DNA of 64,000 bases from positions 30,380,001-30,444,000 of the forward strand of contig OX597822.1 of assembly GCA_951406725.2 (NCBI GenBank), written 5' to 3'. The notes beneath the pieces are model-generated. The model was not told where the DNA came from, made no database searches, and saw nothing but the letters and a program-made list of their open reading frames with translations. This document shows, piece by piece, positions 1-12,950 of this stretch (position 1 is its first letter; every line of letters begins with the position of its first letter). The stretch comes from Octopus vulgaris (Eukaryota). Position numbers and translations under genes: made by a program.

Positions 1-14
1 CAGCTACGTCTTTC

Positions 15-374
15 GTGATACTCTTAAAGCCAGAAACGTTTCAGCACACCCTCGTACTGATGAGTAACAACAACGCACAAAATATAAATTTTCATTTAAA
101 AACAGCTTCATATAACCATTATCCATGTCACATACATAATGTCACAAAACATGCAACATACCTGTTAAATATGATTTGGACGTTGAAAGAAGGCAGAATA
201 AGCGAACCTCAGATAGAACGGAAAATTATTTTTAAAGCCAAAACATACAGAGTACGGGGTATGAAATGTGAACTATGTATTACTGAGAAATTATACAATC
301 AACATCTTCCTGTATACACAAGCAATATTTTGCACTCAAATATTTCAAAGAAGAGCGACTATCTGTCACAGTAA
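15..374 (+). mobile_element. Decayed C-terminal end of a Penelope-like element (GIY-YIG region tail)
   Basis: ORF text IWTLKE..RKIIFKAKTY..KCELCITEK resembles the W-x-LK..W/K-I..A..Y..CxLCxxEK tail of invertebrate PLE proteins; recognised by eye only. Confidence 0.5.
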
Positions 375-828
375 CCCAACCAGGATAGCCCTTCTCCTAA
401 ACGTGAAATCTGAACATACATAACACACAAACTCCACACAGACCAAATATGCCCCAATGACGAACTACCTCAGCACACAAGTATTAGAACACTATACCCA
501 GAATAAAAACAAAATAATGCAAATAAATTGACCATACAACAATGTGCCCAAAGACAAAACGATGAGAGACAAACATCCAAAAGTTGCCAACGAAGTGTAG
601 CGTAACTTGATCATCTCCGCGAATACCTTTCTGCAAGTGATCGGCTTGAAAATTTGTTAAGATACTATGATATTTTCCTCTTTTTCTTAACATGAAACCA
701 ATGGAAGCTTTAATTCACAAATAAAGAAATTATATCCAACAATGCGGTGTTGAGTACACACTTTCATCCTTCGACATTTACGTATACATACGTACATACA
801 TACATACATACACACACACACAGACACA

Positions 829-917
<89 letters not shown>

Positions 918-1680
918 GAGTTTGTGTGATTGCGTATATAAGAATATATTAATTAATGAAATTAATCAATGAAACCTACTCTGACTTTAACGTTTTATTA
1001 TTTACAATTACACATTATGATAATAGAATATTATGCCTTTATTTTGATAAAAAAAAACTAGTACTTCCATGCGTTAGGCAATCATCAGGTTTATGTAATA
1101 GTAGAGGCAGTTGTGTTCCACAGTTGACAATTCACACTCACACACACGCGCGCGCATTTTGTTCTGTAGTTCCATTTGAGGATGAGAAGCGCTGGAATAT
1201 GTGCTTGCTTCTGGTAATTTTCCCAATTTGAATTATGATGTAAAGTTGTAGCACAAGCAATAGCCCATCTCAGATTTGAAGGGCGGCACTCCGCTTTGGG
1301 TCTCACTCGAGCCTTGTAGAAAACTAAGTCTAAATATGTAAGGAGCAGTCTCTAGGGTCCAGTGTTTCCGTATCGGGAGAAGCCAGCAGAAAACGTTAGT
1401 GATTGCGAGACATAACATTTGTTGCGACGTTCATTGGTTTTTGGTGCGCGTTGACGAATTTAGGTTGTCGAATAAAAATCTGTAGGCTTAATTCGGCAAA
1501 TTCGAATCTCTTTTAATATATGATCTCCGCAGTATGTTACAATAGATAATTTAGCATATACACGCAGGGTTACGGCAATGCTTTTATGTGAAACAGAAAA
1601 GATGGTCTGTAGGAAGAAATAGCACTTTGTTCACGATCATTCTACGATTTATTTAGTAGACGGAAACTGAAAGAAGCCCG

Positions 1681-1733
<53 letters not shown>

Positions 1734-4009
1734 TATAAGAAGGGATGACCACTAAGTGGACATCCAATATGCTAGAAATAGATCACCTACGATCTAACCA
1801 CAAAGGAAAAGAATGTTCTCTAGAAAAATTCAGCATACACCAGAACATAAGCAGGTAAGTCTGGTTGGGAAATAACTTTACCAATTAGACATTAAAATGG
1901 ACTTGGATTTAATTGACTCCACACACTTCTTTTTAATTAAGAAAGATACTTTATTGGTGTATATTTTGCATCAACGTGATTTCTTATCTGATTCTACTGT
2001 ACGGCACCTTGGACATGTGCCTGCTATCAAGGTGTTGCAAACGAAATTCAGTAGGCAGAAAATGTGCAGAATCCTTCAAAATGACCGCTTCAAATTTGGG
2101 AAGGTAATCTTAACCCGTTTCATTGTTTAACAACACCACCTGCCTCTTGCATGTATTTAGCGGAGTACACTCGGTGATTGCAAATATTCGGGCCGGGTTT
2201 CTTTTCTAAGGACAACTTTTCCTTTCTTCCCACCAATCCTAAAGGTTCTAGGGAATTACACATGCAATTAGATGCACAGTGCAACTGCATGGAAGATTTT
2301 TCAACATACATATAAAACAATTAAAGAACTTCTGAGCCATTATCTGATACTAATTAATGACAGGAAGAGTAGTACTACATTAGTTGAGTGTTTAAATATT
2401 TTGGGAAGAATAGTTTAACAAAGTAGCTATTTACTATCGACAGACAAATTTTTAAAACATTTTTACGTTTGATAAAATTTAAAATCGTTGTTTCGAATCA
2501 TTCTTTTCTACGTTTTGTGTATATTATTTTGAGAAAAGAAAAACAAAGCGAAAATTAATATATGCAATCATAATCTTTTTTAAAGCAGTATGTAATATAC
2601 AAATACTAACGAGAAAGCTGTTTACTTTTGGACTGCTGTGCATTGGTAAGTTTGTAAAAAAAAAAAACCAAAGTGAACACTTTAAGCAATCAGAGTGAAC
2701 GGTACTTAACCTTTTCCCCTAGTGATAGCAACCACTTATTTCTTCGTAGTTGACAGTTTTAATTTTAGCTCGTATTCAACCAGTAAAAAATATTTGTGGT
2801 TTCAAATCATAGTATCATTCTATTTTGGAACTGTTCATGAATTCACATGGATCGGAAAAAATTTGAATTTTAAGAGTTGATGTACCTTTGTACTAACATA
2901 CTATCTCCGACAATATTGTCCTCGTGTAGTTTATTGTACATAATTAGTTCTGGCGGAGTTTTCTCCCCTTCAAGCTAACTATTATGGCTAGAAATCATAG
3001 GGATATAAACGAAGGGAAATGAAGTAAGTCAATGAAGAATCGAAATTATGTCTCAGATTCGGTTGGCGAAGACTATGCAATAACTATATAATAACTTAAT
3101 CAGACGTTTGCAATCGTTGTATCTCGACACAACTATGAGCCGTGTATAGCCCTCAGGATATTCAGAAAACTGCATCACATTGGGTATTAGTACTGCGTGC
3201 GTCCATCTATGTTCTTAAACAGTTTTAATAGCTGTTGTTAGATATAACGTTTGATATACCATCAGCATTTACGATATTATTCAGTGTGCCATGATTTGAA
3301 AAATCTTTGGGCTGGATGATAAAATGAACACCAGGACAAATTTGCAGTCTTGGAGAAAAGACCTCGTTTTACGCCCAGCGTTTATTTATCTATTCATTTA
3401 TATATTCAATAGCAAAGCTATTGATAATTTAAACCATTGCCAATTTACATTTCCTAAACTAACAAATGTGGATATTCTTTAACAATGCAGTTTTATTATA
3501 ATCCGGTTTATACTGAAGCAGTCCCCTCTATTCTTGCATCAAATAAAATAATTTAATTTGATTAGCGAGGAAGTTTAACTTAGCGAGAGGTCATTTTAGT
3601 AAAATTGATAGTAAATCTGTTTGGGTTTCGAAACAGGCAAGCAGCTTTCTGCGCCTTTTCCATCCAGAGTTTTCAGTCAATATACTATAAGTTATTTATA
3701 GCTCAATTCGCTTCAAGATACATCTTAAATAAAGACTCCCTTTTATATGTCTTGATGCTTTTACGTTAGTATTCTTAATACAATGTAATTTGATTTGATT
3801 TGTTTAATATTTCTTTCTAATACAAGAAACTCATAACTATTTTCAAATCATCAATATAAGCAAAGAACGAGATGTTGTTGCCTTGTTTTAATCTCCATTT
3901 ATTTATGATTTAGATACAAATGAAATTTAAAAATAGTAAGGATCCTTAATTAGATGTAATATTGATTGTAAATATTTTCAAAAGAGAAAGACCATAGTTG
4001 AATACCTTC

Positions 4010-4265
4010 CCCAAGCAATTTCGTGGAAGGTGTTAGTCGATTGCATCGACCCAAGTACTCAGCTGGCACTTACTTTATCAATACCGAAAAGATGAAAGGC
4101 AAAGTCGATCCTGGTAGAATTTAGTGTCTTGAAAGTTTTGATTCCAAATTTTGGCAAGTGTCCAGCGATTTCCACCTCGATGGAATTCAAACTCAGAATG
4201 TATAGACAAACGAAATGCCGATAAGCATTTTGCCTGGCATGCTCACGATTATGCCAGCTCACTAC
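4010..4265 (-). mobile_element. SINE type C (Meta-domain-like), diverged
   Basis: Reverse complement of GAGCTGGCA...GTCGACTTTGCCTTTCATC...GATAAAGTAAGT, shared with the copies at 41688, 51408 and 57792. Confidence 0.7.
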
Positions 4266-4409
4266 CTTTAGTGTCTTAGAAATATTGACAAGAGTACAAG
4301 CGAGGATGGATTGTGCAAAGCTCGTGATACATAGTGACGCTTAGTAGTGGTTATATCAAATTGTTCGGCAGTATGGCATTCGTTCTATAAGGCACACAGG
4401 GTCTAGTAG

Positions 4410-4627
4410 TGGAGGCGTAATGGCCCAGTGGTTAGGGCAGCGGACTCGCGGTCATAGGATCGCGGTTTCGATTCCCAGAGCGGGCGTTGTGAGTGTTTAT
4501 TGAGCGAAAACACCTAACACGTGTCTGTGGAGTGCTCAGCCACTTACACGTTACTTTCACGAGCAGGCTGTTCCGTTGATTCGGATCAACCGGAACTCTC
4601 ATCGTCGTAACCGACGGAGTGCTTCCA
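4410..4627 (+). mobile_element. tRNA-derived SINE type A, internally deleted
   Basis: Head GGAGGCGTAATGGCCCAGTGGTTAGGGCAGCGGACTCGCGGTC..GGTTTCGATTCCC (A and B boxes) joined directly to the tail CGTAACCGACGGAGTGCTTCC. Confidence 0.85.
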
Positions 4628-5244
4628 CAGGGTCTGGTATACAAGAAAAGGAAGCAGTCATATGTCCGTGTTGGCCAGCGCGATAATTCCCTGTGATGGA
4701 AAGGTCCTTTCTTCGATAATTATCTCCGTTGGGTTAAGTTTATTTTAAACTCCTTCATGGATGGCCTTGTATTTATAAGAGATTAGCTGAAAAATTTATC
4801 CTTATGTTCAGAATTATAAATAAATTTTCCCCGGTTGAATAAGATATATATTAAGCGTTACATATGTAAATAACAAAATATAGAGGCAACTATTTTGAAA
4901 TAACAAATGGCTCTCAGACTAAACTAGTATTAGCAGATTACTGTCTTAGTGATAACATCATTCTTGTTGTCTTGAATAAGCTGTAAATGTGCAGCGTAAA
5001 TTAATAACAAATCTAACGTGGCGGCTGCACTCTGTGTAATTAATGAGTGCTTCATGAGATTTCGTTGGTAGGTTCATGGTAATTCCTTCTTGGTTGAATT
5101 CTGGTGAATTGAACATCTTATTAAGTTACCATTTCAAAGATAACCTGAATGAAGACAGAATCTTCAGTAATGATATTAGAACCGCTAAACACGTTGTACA
5201 ATGGATATATGCACACGTTCATAAATTCGGATATAGGTATAACT

Positions 5245-5293
<49 letters not shown>

Positions 5294-5630
5294 TACGCAC
5301 ACATCCACACACATACACACATACATGTATCATTGGATATTACCAATCAACTTGTAGTAAACTAACAGAAATTTTTATTGATGATGGGACTCTAAAGAGT
5401 GACATTTAACGATAATGTTGATCTGAGGTGGGGTCGGTGGCCTTAGGTCTCGCTTTTAATAGCTTATCCAACCATATATATATATATATATATAAATATA
5501 TATATATATCACCGTGATCACCGTGACCAACCAGGCTATCAGATGCTGCTACACATCGCTGGTCACAATGCGCTTCGCATTGTTTTAGCCTTCAAATGAC
5601 GCCACCTCGCTGACGCCACCTCGCGAGAAA

Positions 5631-5669
<39 letters not shown>

Positions 5670-5722
5670 ATGTGTATATATATATATATGTATGTATATA
5701 TATACATATATATATATGTATG

Positions 5723-5775
<53 letters not shown>

Positions 5776-7006
5776 AATATATATATTTTATATGAGTGTG
5801 TGTGTGCTCAAGTACAAATTATACTATATGTAATAACTTTAGAATTAAAATAGCAACGGCCAACAGACGAAAAACAATGCAGAGGCACATGGTGTTATGG
5901 ACATAATGACACAAACTCACCTTAACACACTTGCGAATATATTTATAACTAACTAAACACATGTACACACAGATTCCACTTATATGTCTTAGACATACAT
6001 ACTCAGAAATACTCACTATAACAACAAAAAGTAAAAAGAGAAAAATAAATGAAATGAACAAAGTACAAATATAAAAGAGAAATGAAACACTTAGCAAAAG
6101 AATGAAATACTTGTAAAAATCACGGATGTCGGGGCGCCCTACTTCCGGCCACGATATTAGCACTAACAAAACCAGCAGTATTAACCTGTTCTGCATATCA
6201 CAGATGCCTTTGACTACAACAGCGTGTGTAAAAAGCAAAGCAAAATCGTAAATTTAAACGAATGTTAAACACCGTAATTCTTTAGACAGAATCAGCTGTA
6301 TCTATATACGTAATTTTCATATAAAGAAGACTACGAATCATGCAAAATATATGTATCAGGCTCTTCACACTTTTTGGATATGTTTACAGTATTTTTCTGA
6401 ATTCTTCACATGCTAGTAAGTACTGCTAATTAATAATCAAATATTTTCCTGCATTATCTATGTCGATTGTTAGAAATGAACGAAAGATGTTCGTGCTCAC
6501 TCTGTGTTCGTACGAGTTTGTAAATAATTTTGAATGAAATCTCACAATGTACATTTGTTTTTGCCATTAAAAAAATTTTTTTTTCAGAACATGTTAGTAA
6601 TATCTCATACTCTGAATAATGATTCATTATTAACAGTTAAATTCTTGCTCGGCAATGCTTGGGAGTTAATTCTTTAGACATAATTTCATTCAGCGTATAT
6701 ATATATATATAATGCTTCTTCTTTGTCGGAAGAAATACACATACGCGCTCGAATGTACACATGGACATACGTATATTCAGTTCTCTCTCGCGTTCTCTCT
6801 CTCGTTCTTTCTCTATGTATTTGTGTAATTGTGTGTATGTATGTGAATATATGACTACACATACATACGTATCCATCCATCAATCAATCCTGTCTCCCAT
6901 CCATCCATCCATCCATCCATCCATCCATTCATCCTCACATTTATATATAAATATATGTATATATATGCATACATGCTTTGTATATCTATGAGTGTATATT
7001 TATATA

Positions 7007-7062
<56 letters not shown>

Positions 7063-7083
7063 TGTACATACATACATGCATAC

Positions 7084-7128
<45 letters not shown>

Positions 7129-7183
7129 TATATATATGAACATAATATAGATATTCAAAAATGTATGTATGTGAGTATATGTG

Positions 7184-7215
<32 letters not shown>

Positions 7216-7249
7216 TGTATGTATGTATGTATGTATGTGAGTATGTGTG

Positions 7250-7281
<32 letters not shown>

Positions 7282-7308
7282 TGTATGTATGTATGTATGT
7301 ATGTATTG

Positions 7309-7690
7309 TGGAGGCGCAGTGGCCAGTGGTTAGAGCAGCGGACTCGCGGTCATAGGATCGCGGTTTCGATTCCCAGACCGGGCGTTGTGAGTGTTTATTG
7401 AGCGAAAACACCTAAAGCTCCACGAGGCTCCGGCAGGGGATGGTGGTGATCCCTGCTGTACTCTTTCGCCACAACTTTCTCTCACTCTTACTTCCTGTTT
7501 CTGTTGTACCTGTATTTCAAGGGGCCGGCCTTGTCACTCTCTGTGTCACGCTGAATATCCCCGAGAACTACGTTAAGGGTGCACGTGTCTGTGGAGTGCT
7601 CAGCTACTTACACGTTAATTTCACGAGCAGGCTGTTCCGTTGATTCGGATCAACCGGAACCCTCGTCATCGTAACCGACGGAGTGCTTCC
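7309..7690 (+). mobile_element. tRNA-derived SINE type A, full length, inside a (TATG)n tract
   Basis: Near-identical to 53439-53820 and to the reverse complement of 22940-23324. Confidence 0.92.
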
Positions 7691-7864
7691 ATTCCATTCC
7701 ATGTATGTATGTATGTATGTATGTATGTATGTATGTATGTATGTATGTATGTATGTATGTATGTACACACATATGAATGCACATGCACGCACTCACACAC
7801 ACACACACACACACATATACTAGAATAGATACCCGTCCTTGCTCGGAATTGAAATGCCATAGGT

Positions 7865-8222
7865 TTTTTTGGTTTACTTGTTTCAGTCATGTGACTGTTG
7901 CAATGCTGGTGCACCGCCGTTGATCGAACAGCTTGACCACAGGATATATTCTTTATAAGCCTTGTACTTATTCTATTAATGTCTTTTGTCAAAACGCTAT
8001 GTTATTGCAACGTAAACACAGTAACATCGGTTGTGAAGCATTGGTGGGGGTACAAACATAACAGACATACACACATACGCATACACACGCACACGCACGC
8101 ACACACGCACGCACATACACATACACACATACACACACAAATATACACATATATGCGACAGTCTCCTTTCACTTTCCGTGTACTAAATCTACTCACAAGG
8201 GTTTGGTCGGCCCGAGGCTATA
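7865..8222 (-). mobile_element. SINE type B, diverged and partial
   Basis: TTACTTGTTTCAGTCATGTGACTG..GCACCGCC tail and GGTCGGCCCGAGGCTATA body. Confidence 0.75.
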
Positions 8223-8225
8223 ATA

Positions 8226-8280
<55 letters not shown>

Positions 8281-8339
8281 TTATATATGTACCCATATAT
8301 ATATGTGTTTGTGTGTGCGTGTGTATATGTATATATATA

Positions 8340-8505
8340 TAGGAGCAGTAGTGGCTGTGTGGCAAGTAGCTTGCTTACCAACCGCATGGACCTGGGTTTA
8401 GTTCCATTGCGCGGCACCTTCGAGAAATGTCTTCAACTATAGCCTGGGGCCGACGAAATGTTTTTGAGTGAATTTGGTAGACAGACACTGAAAGAAACCT
8501 GTCAT
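8340..8505 (+). mobile_element. SINE type B, 5' part
   Basis: GTGGCTGTGTGGCAAGTAGCTTGCTTACCAACC head. Confidence 0.75.
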
Positions 8506-8656
8506 ATATGTATTTATATAAGGCGGAGTAGATGAAACAGGGACAACTGATGAAGGAAAATATACTTTATGCTGCATGTCTCGTATCTCTGTTTGTTTCT
8601 TTCGTTGCCCCTCACCCCAAAGTTAGTTTTCTATGTTTTGTTTTTGTGCTTTCGTT

Positions 8657-8729
<73 letters not shown>

Positions 8730-8787
8730 CGAACATATATATAAATACATAGGGACACTAATATATATATATATACATATATATATT

Positions 8788-10159
8788 GTTGGCATCCTTT
8801 TTGTCTCGGGAGACAATGGAGTTGCGGCATAAAATAGTCTAGTCCGGCTTTTACATCTCATGTCCTGATACATTTCCTGCTGTGGCTGTGTAGTCCTATC
8901 CAGGACAAACACTCCCTCTGGCTGGTACCGCAAATGTAGCGAATACTGTTTCTAGCTGGTTGTAATGCCATAGTTTCTTGTTGACGTCTTCTCTTGTTTT
9001 TCCATTTCTCCTCTCTCTCTCTGTCACTCCTTTTTATTCCCTCTTTTACGGTACGTCGCCAATCTCCACGGTTGACGGCAACTGCTTCCCAACCGCTAAT
9101 ATTGATGTTGCAGGCCTCCATGTCCCTTTTGCAAACATCCTTGTAACGTAAGAACGGGCTACCCACAGACCTAGTACCCTTAGCAAGCTCTCCGTAGAGT
9201 ATGTCCTTCGGGATTCTGCCATCTTTCATACGGCTAACATGCCCAAGCCATCTCATACGTCTTTGTGTGAGGAGTGCAAACATGCTTGGTATTCCTGCTT
9301 GCTTGAGGACATCTTTGTTGGGGATATGATTCTGCCATTTGATGCGGAGGATTTTCCGGAGGCAGCGCAGGTGAAAGATGTTTAGGCGACGCTCTTGGCG
9401 TGTGTATAGCGTCCAAGTCTCACTTCCATACAGTAGAGTGCTAAGTACACATGCCTGGTAGATCTTCATTTTCGTGGTCTTGGTCAGCTTATTGTTATCC
9501 CATGCCCGTTTGGTGAGTTGGGCCATCGCAGCAGCTGCCTTGCCAATGCGTATATTGAGCTCAGCGTCAAGGGATAGGTTGTAGGTGACGGTAGAGCCAA
9601 GATAGGTAAACTTCTCCACCTCTTGTAATCTGTGGTCTCCAATATGTATGTTTGGGATGTCCGATGTAGCCTGACCCATGATGTTGGTCTTCTTAAGGCT
9701 GATAGCTAAGCCAAAGTCGTAACATGCTTGCTCAAAACAGTTAATGAGCCTTTGGAGGGCTTCTTCTGTGTGTGATACCAGAGCGACATCATCAGCAAAT
9801 AGCAACTCCTTGATCAGGACGTTTCTGATTTTGGTCTTGGCACGCAGGTGCGAGAGAATGAACAGTTTCCCGTCACTTCTACTGTGCAGAAACACTCCAT
9901 CATCTGATGTCTGAAAGGCATGTGAGAGTAAGAGCGAGAAGAAGATGCCAAATAATGTAGGAGCAAGGACACAACCTTGCTTTACCCCGTTTTTTATTTG
10001 GAAGGCGGCTGATGTTGAACCATTGTGCTGTATGGTGCCTTGCATATCATCATGGAAAGACTTGATGATCCTCAGCAGCTTTGGTGGACATCCGATTTTT
10101 TGGAGCAGGATGAAGAGGCATGTTCTGCTTACCGAGTCAAAGGTCTTTGTTAGATCAAT
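8788..10159 (-). mobile_element. RTE-clade LINE, 3' part (RT core to C-terminus plus 3' UTR), uninterrupted ORF
   Basis: About 430 aa open: DLTKTFDSVSR, GVKQGCVLAPTLF, LLFADD, FTYLGS, LLYGSETW, RWLGHVSRM, GRIPKDILYGEL, CLSWIGLHSHSRKC; RTE-type tail CCATTGTCTCCCGAGACAAAAAGGATGCCAAC. Confidence 0.95.
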
Positions 10160-10491
10160 GTGTGTGTGCGTGTGTGTCTGTCTGTCTGTTTGTATGGGTG
10201 CATCACTGAAACTCGATAACTCTCCAATCTTCTTCATTCGAATTTTACATATACTTTATTTAGTGTTCATAGAGTGCCATGGGCCAAAAAAAAAAAAAAA
10301 TCCTCAACGACTTGCCTAATGCGAACTCGAAGCAATTTCTTCTCTCTTACACTGTTTCGGTATTAAATGTCAAATGTGAAACAATATCTCTATTGTGATG
10401 TGATATAATATTTTCCTATAATATGGTTTCAATTTCAATTACTTTTATTATGCATATATAGGCATGTTCGTTTATGTGTGTGTGTGTATAG

Positions 10492-10829
10492 ATGAAGTTA
10501 ACAGCAGAACTCGAAGCAATTCAACGAAGCTACACTAAGAAGATCGTCTCAATACAACATATCGGCTACTGGGAAAGACTGAAAGTATTAAAACTCTTCT
10601 CCCTGGAGCGAAGGCGGGAGAGGTATGCAGTGATATACATCTGGAATATCCTGGAGGGTCTTGTCCCAAACTTTGGCATTCAATGTTACCCCAACAGCAG
10701 AACGGGGCGCCACTGCATGGTACCAAAGTTCTCAACATCACCATCAAAATACAGGACCAGATACTGCAGCAACTTGGGTTTCAGAGGACCACAGCTCTTC
10801 AATATCCTTCCTAAATGCCCGAAAGACCT

Positions 10830-10832
<3 letters not shown>
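10492..10832 (+). mobile_element. CR1-like LINE ORF2 C-terminal fragment
   Basis: [42 protein letters not shown]; near-identical to 37502-37660. Confidence 0.85.
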
Positions 10833-10910
<78 letters not shown>

Positions 10911-10914
10911 TATA

Positions 10915-11075
10915 GGCGCAGGAGTGGGCAGCTGTGTGGTAAGTAGCTTGCTAAACAACTACATGGTTCCGGGTTCAGTCCCACTGCGTGGCGTCTTGGG
11001 CAAGTGTCTTCTGTTATAGCCCCGGGCCGACCAATGCCTTGTGAGTAGACGGAAACTGAAAGAAGCCTGTCGTAT
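10915..11075 (+). mobile_element. SINE type B, 5' part
   Basis: GGCGCAGGAGTGG..GGTTCCGGGTTCAGTCCCACTGCGTGG..TTGGGCAAGTGTCTT. Confidence 0.85.
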
Positions 11076-11076
11076 A

Positions 11077-11150
<74 letters not shown>

Positions 11151-11197
11151 TATGTATATATGTATGTATGTATATATATATATTATATATATACATA

Positions 11198-11233
<36 letters not shown>

Positions 11234-11443
11234 TGCATATATATATATATAACTAATGTAGGATAAAAGTCTTTTCGGGATAAAATCTCATTAAAGGTTA
11301 AATTTATCAATAATTTACAAAATAAGGGCAAAAGAAAAGTTCTAAAGCCAAATATGCCGAAAAAAAGACAAAAATTGTCAATAACCATTATAATTTATGC
11401 GTCTCGAAACAAACCGATAGAAATTTCTAAAAAATCCGTTATT

Positions 11444-11500
11444 ACCGTATTGGTCCCAATTTCGGGGTTAATTCATAAGAATTTTCCCCTCTTCAGCGAT
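11444..11500 (-). ncRNA. Type I hammerhead ribozyme motif
   Basis: Minus strand ATCG-CTGAAGA-GGGGAAAATTCTTATGAATTAACCCC-GAAA-TTGGGACCAA-TA-CGGT: intact core and three pairable stems. Confidence 0.8.
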
Positions 11501-11799
11501 AAATACATTAGATATAAGTGAAATACTTACTCATACCCATGGAAAAAGCAAGCACTAAGTCTCGAGCAGACCTAAGTACCCCAAATATATCCAAAATAGA
11601 AAATCTTCGGCACATCTCGAGACACGTGTGATTCGAACTAGAAACTTTCACAGAGTGAGAGAATCCGGAAGTGAACACTATTCAATTTATAACTAATGTA
11701 GGATAAAATGTTTTTCGGGAAAAAATTTTATCAATGGCCAGCATATCAAAAAATACTTTAAAAGGTTAAATTTATCAATAATTTACAAAATAAGGGATT

Positions 11800-12377
11800 T
11801 ATGCCGGTTTGAAGAAGGCCCTCGGTCCATCCGCAACCAAATCAGCCCCTCTGAAATCAACTACAGGAGATCTCATCAGGGATCAAAGCAAGCAAATGGA
11901 TAGATGGGTGGAGCACTACCAGGATCTCTACTCACGGGAGACTACAGTGGCTGAGACTGCAGTCGAGAGTGTCAAGATCTTGCCAGTCATGTGCGAACTT
12001 GACAGTCCGCCATCTATAGCAGAGCTCACCAAGGCTATTGACTCCCTAGCAAGAAACAAGGCTCCAGGAAAAGACAGCATCCCCTCAGAGATCATCAAAG
12101 CCGGCAAAAACACCATCCTGCTTCGGCACCTTCATGAGCTAACATCATTACGCTTTACAAAAACAAAGACGACCGTGGTGATTGTAACAATTACCGTGGA
12201 ATATCTCTTCTAAGCAATGTTGGAAAGATCTTTGCCCGCGTTATCCTGGCCAGGCTACAACTACTTGCTTCTCGAATCTATCCGGAATCGCAGTGTGGCT
12301 TTAGAAGAAGCAGATCAACTATTGATATAATATTCTCCATACGCCAACTTCAGGAGAAGTCCAGAGAGCAGAAAATG
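11800..12377 (+). mobile_element. RTE-clade LINE fragment (linker plus start of RT), frameshifted
   Basis: RWVEHYQDLYS, KAPGKDSIPSE, then in another frame DCNNYRGISLLSNVGKIFARVIL..PESQCGFRRSRSTIDIIFSIRQLQEKSREQKM. Confidence 0.92.
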
Positions 12378-12494
12378 ACACACAAACACAAACACACAGT
12401 TTCTCAGTTTTATATATTTATATTTTTCATTATTTCGTGTCAAAAGTGAAACAAAATTATCTCTCTATATATATATGTTCTATTCTTTTATATG

Positions 12495-12745
12495 TTGAAG
12501 TCCAATGACTATGGCCATACTGGAGCACAACCATTGTAATCATCTTTCCACTTTCCACCTTCGTCGGAGCGGCTTTTAGTGATAGATGGAGTTCGCTGCT
12601 ACTGCCCTCTTTTGAGTTTCTTGCTTAGATATTGGCTCATCCGGGATCTTGGCAAGCCAGAGGTCAAGTTCACGTTTGAAAACGTCTACATCCACTCCAT
12701 GGAGGCTACTCAGATGCTTCGGCAGACAGTTAAACAGCTGTGTAA
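12495..12745 (-). mobile_element. CR1-like LINE 3' end
   Basis: QLFNCLPKHL..GVDVDVFKRELDLWLAKIPDEP..ANSI followed by a GGTTGTGCTCCAGTATGGCC tail. Confidence 0.8.
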
Positions 12746-12950
12746 ACATATATTCATGTATATACATATATATATTTACTTATCTATATATATATTTATT
12801 TATATATGCCTGTATATATGTGTACATATATATATATATTTATATGTATCTATATACGTGCATAATCATAGATGTATATGTAAAGATGTATATGCATATA
12901 TGTATCTATATATATGTATATAATATATAAATGTATGAGTATATATATAT

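Noticed and set aside
5819-6238. 139-aa hydrophobic minus-strand ORF
   Set aside because: Hydrophobicity follows from T-rich low-complexity DNA; no motif or splice support
7309-7385. tRNA-like sequences at SINE heads
   Set aside because: Always fused to SINE bodies and lacking a complete acceptor stem; not called as tRNA genes
7391-7643. Recurrent ORFs MFIERKHLKL.. and MVVIPAVLF.. (also at 22988-23240 and 53521-53773)
   Set aside because: Chance frames within SINE type A copies, not a gene family
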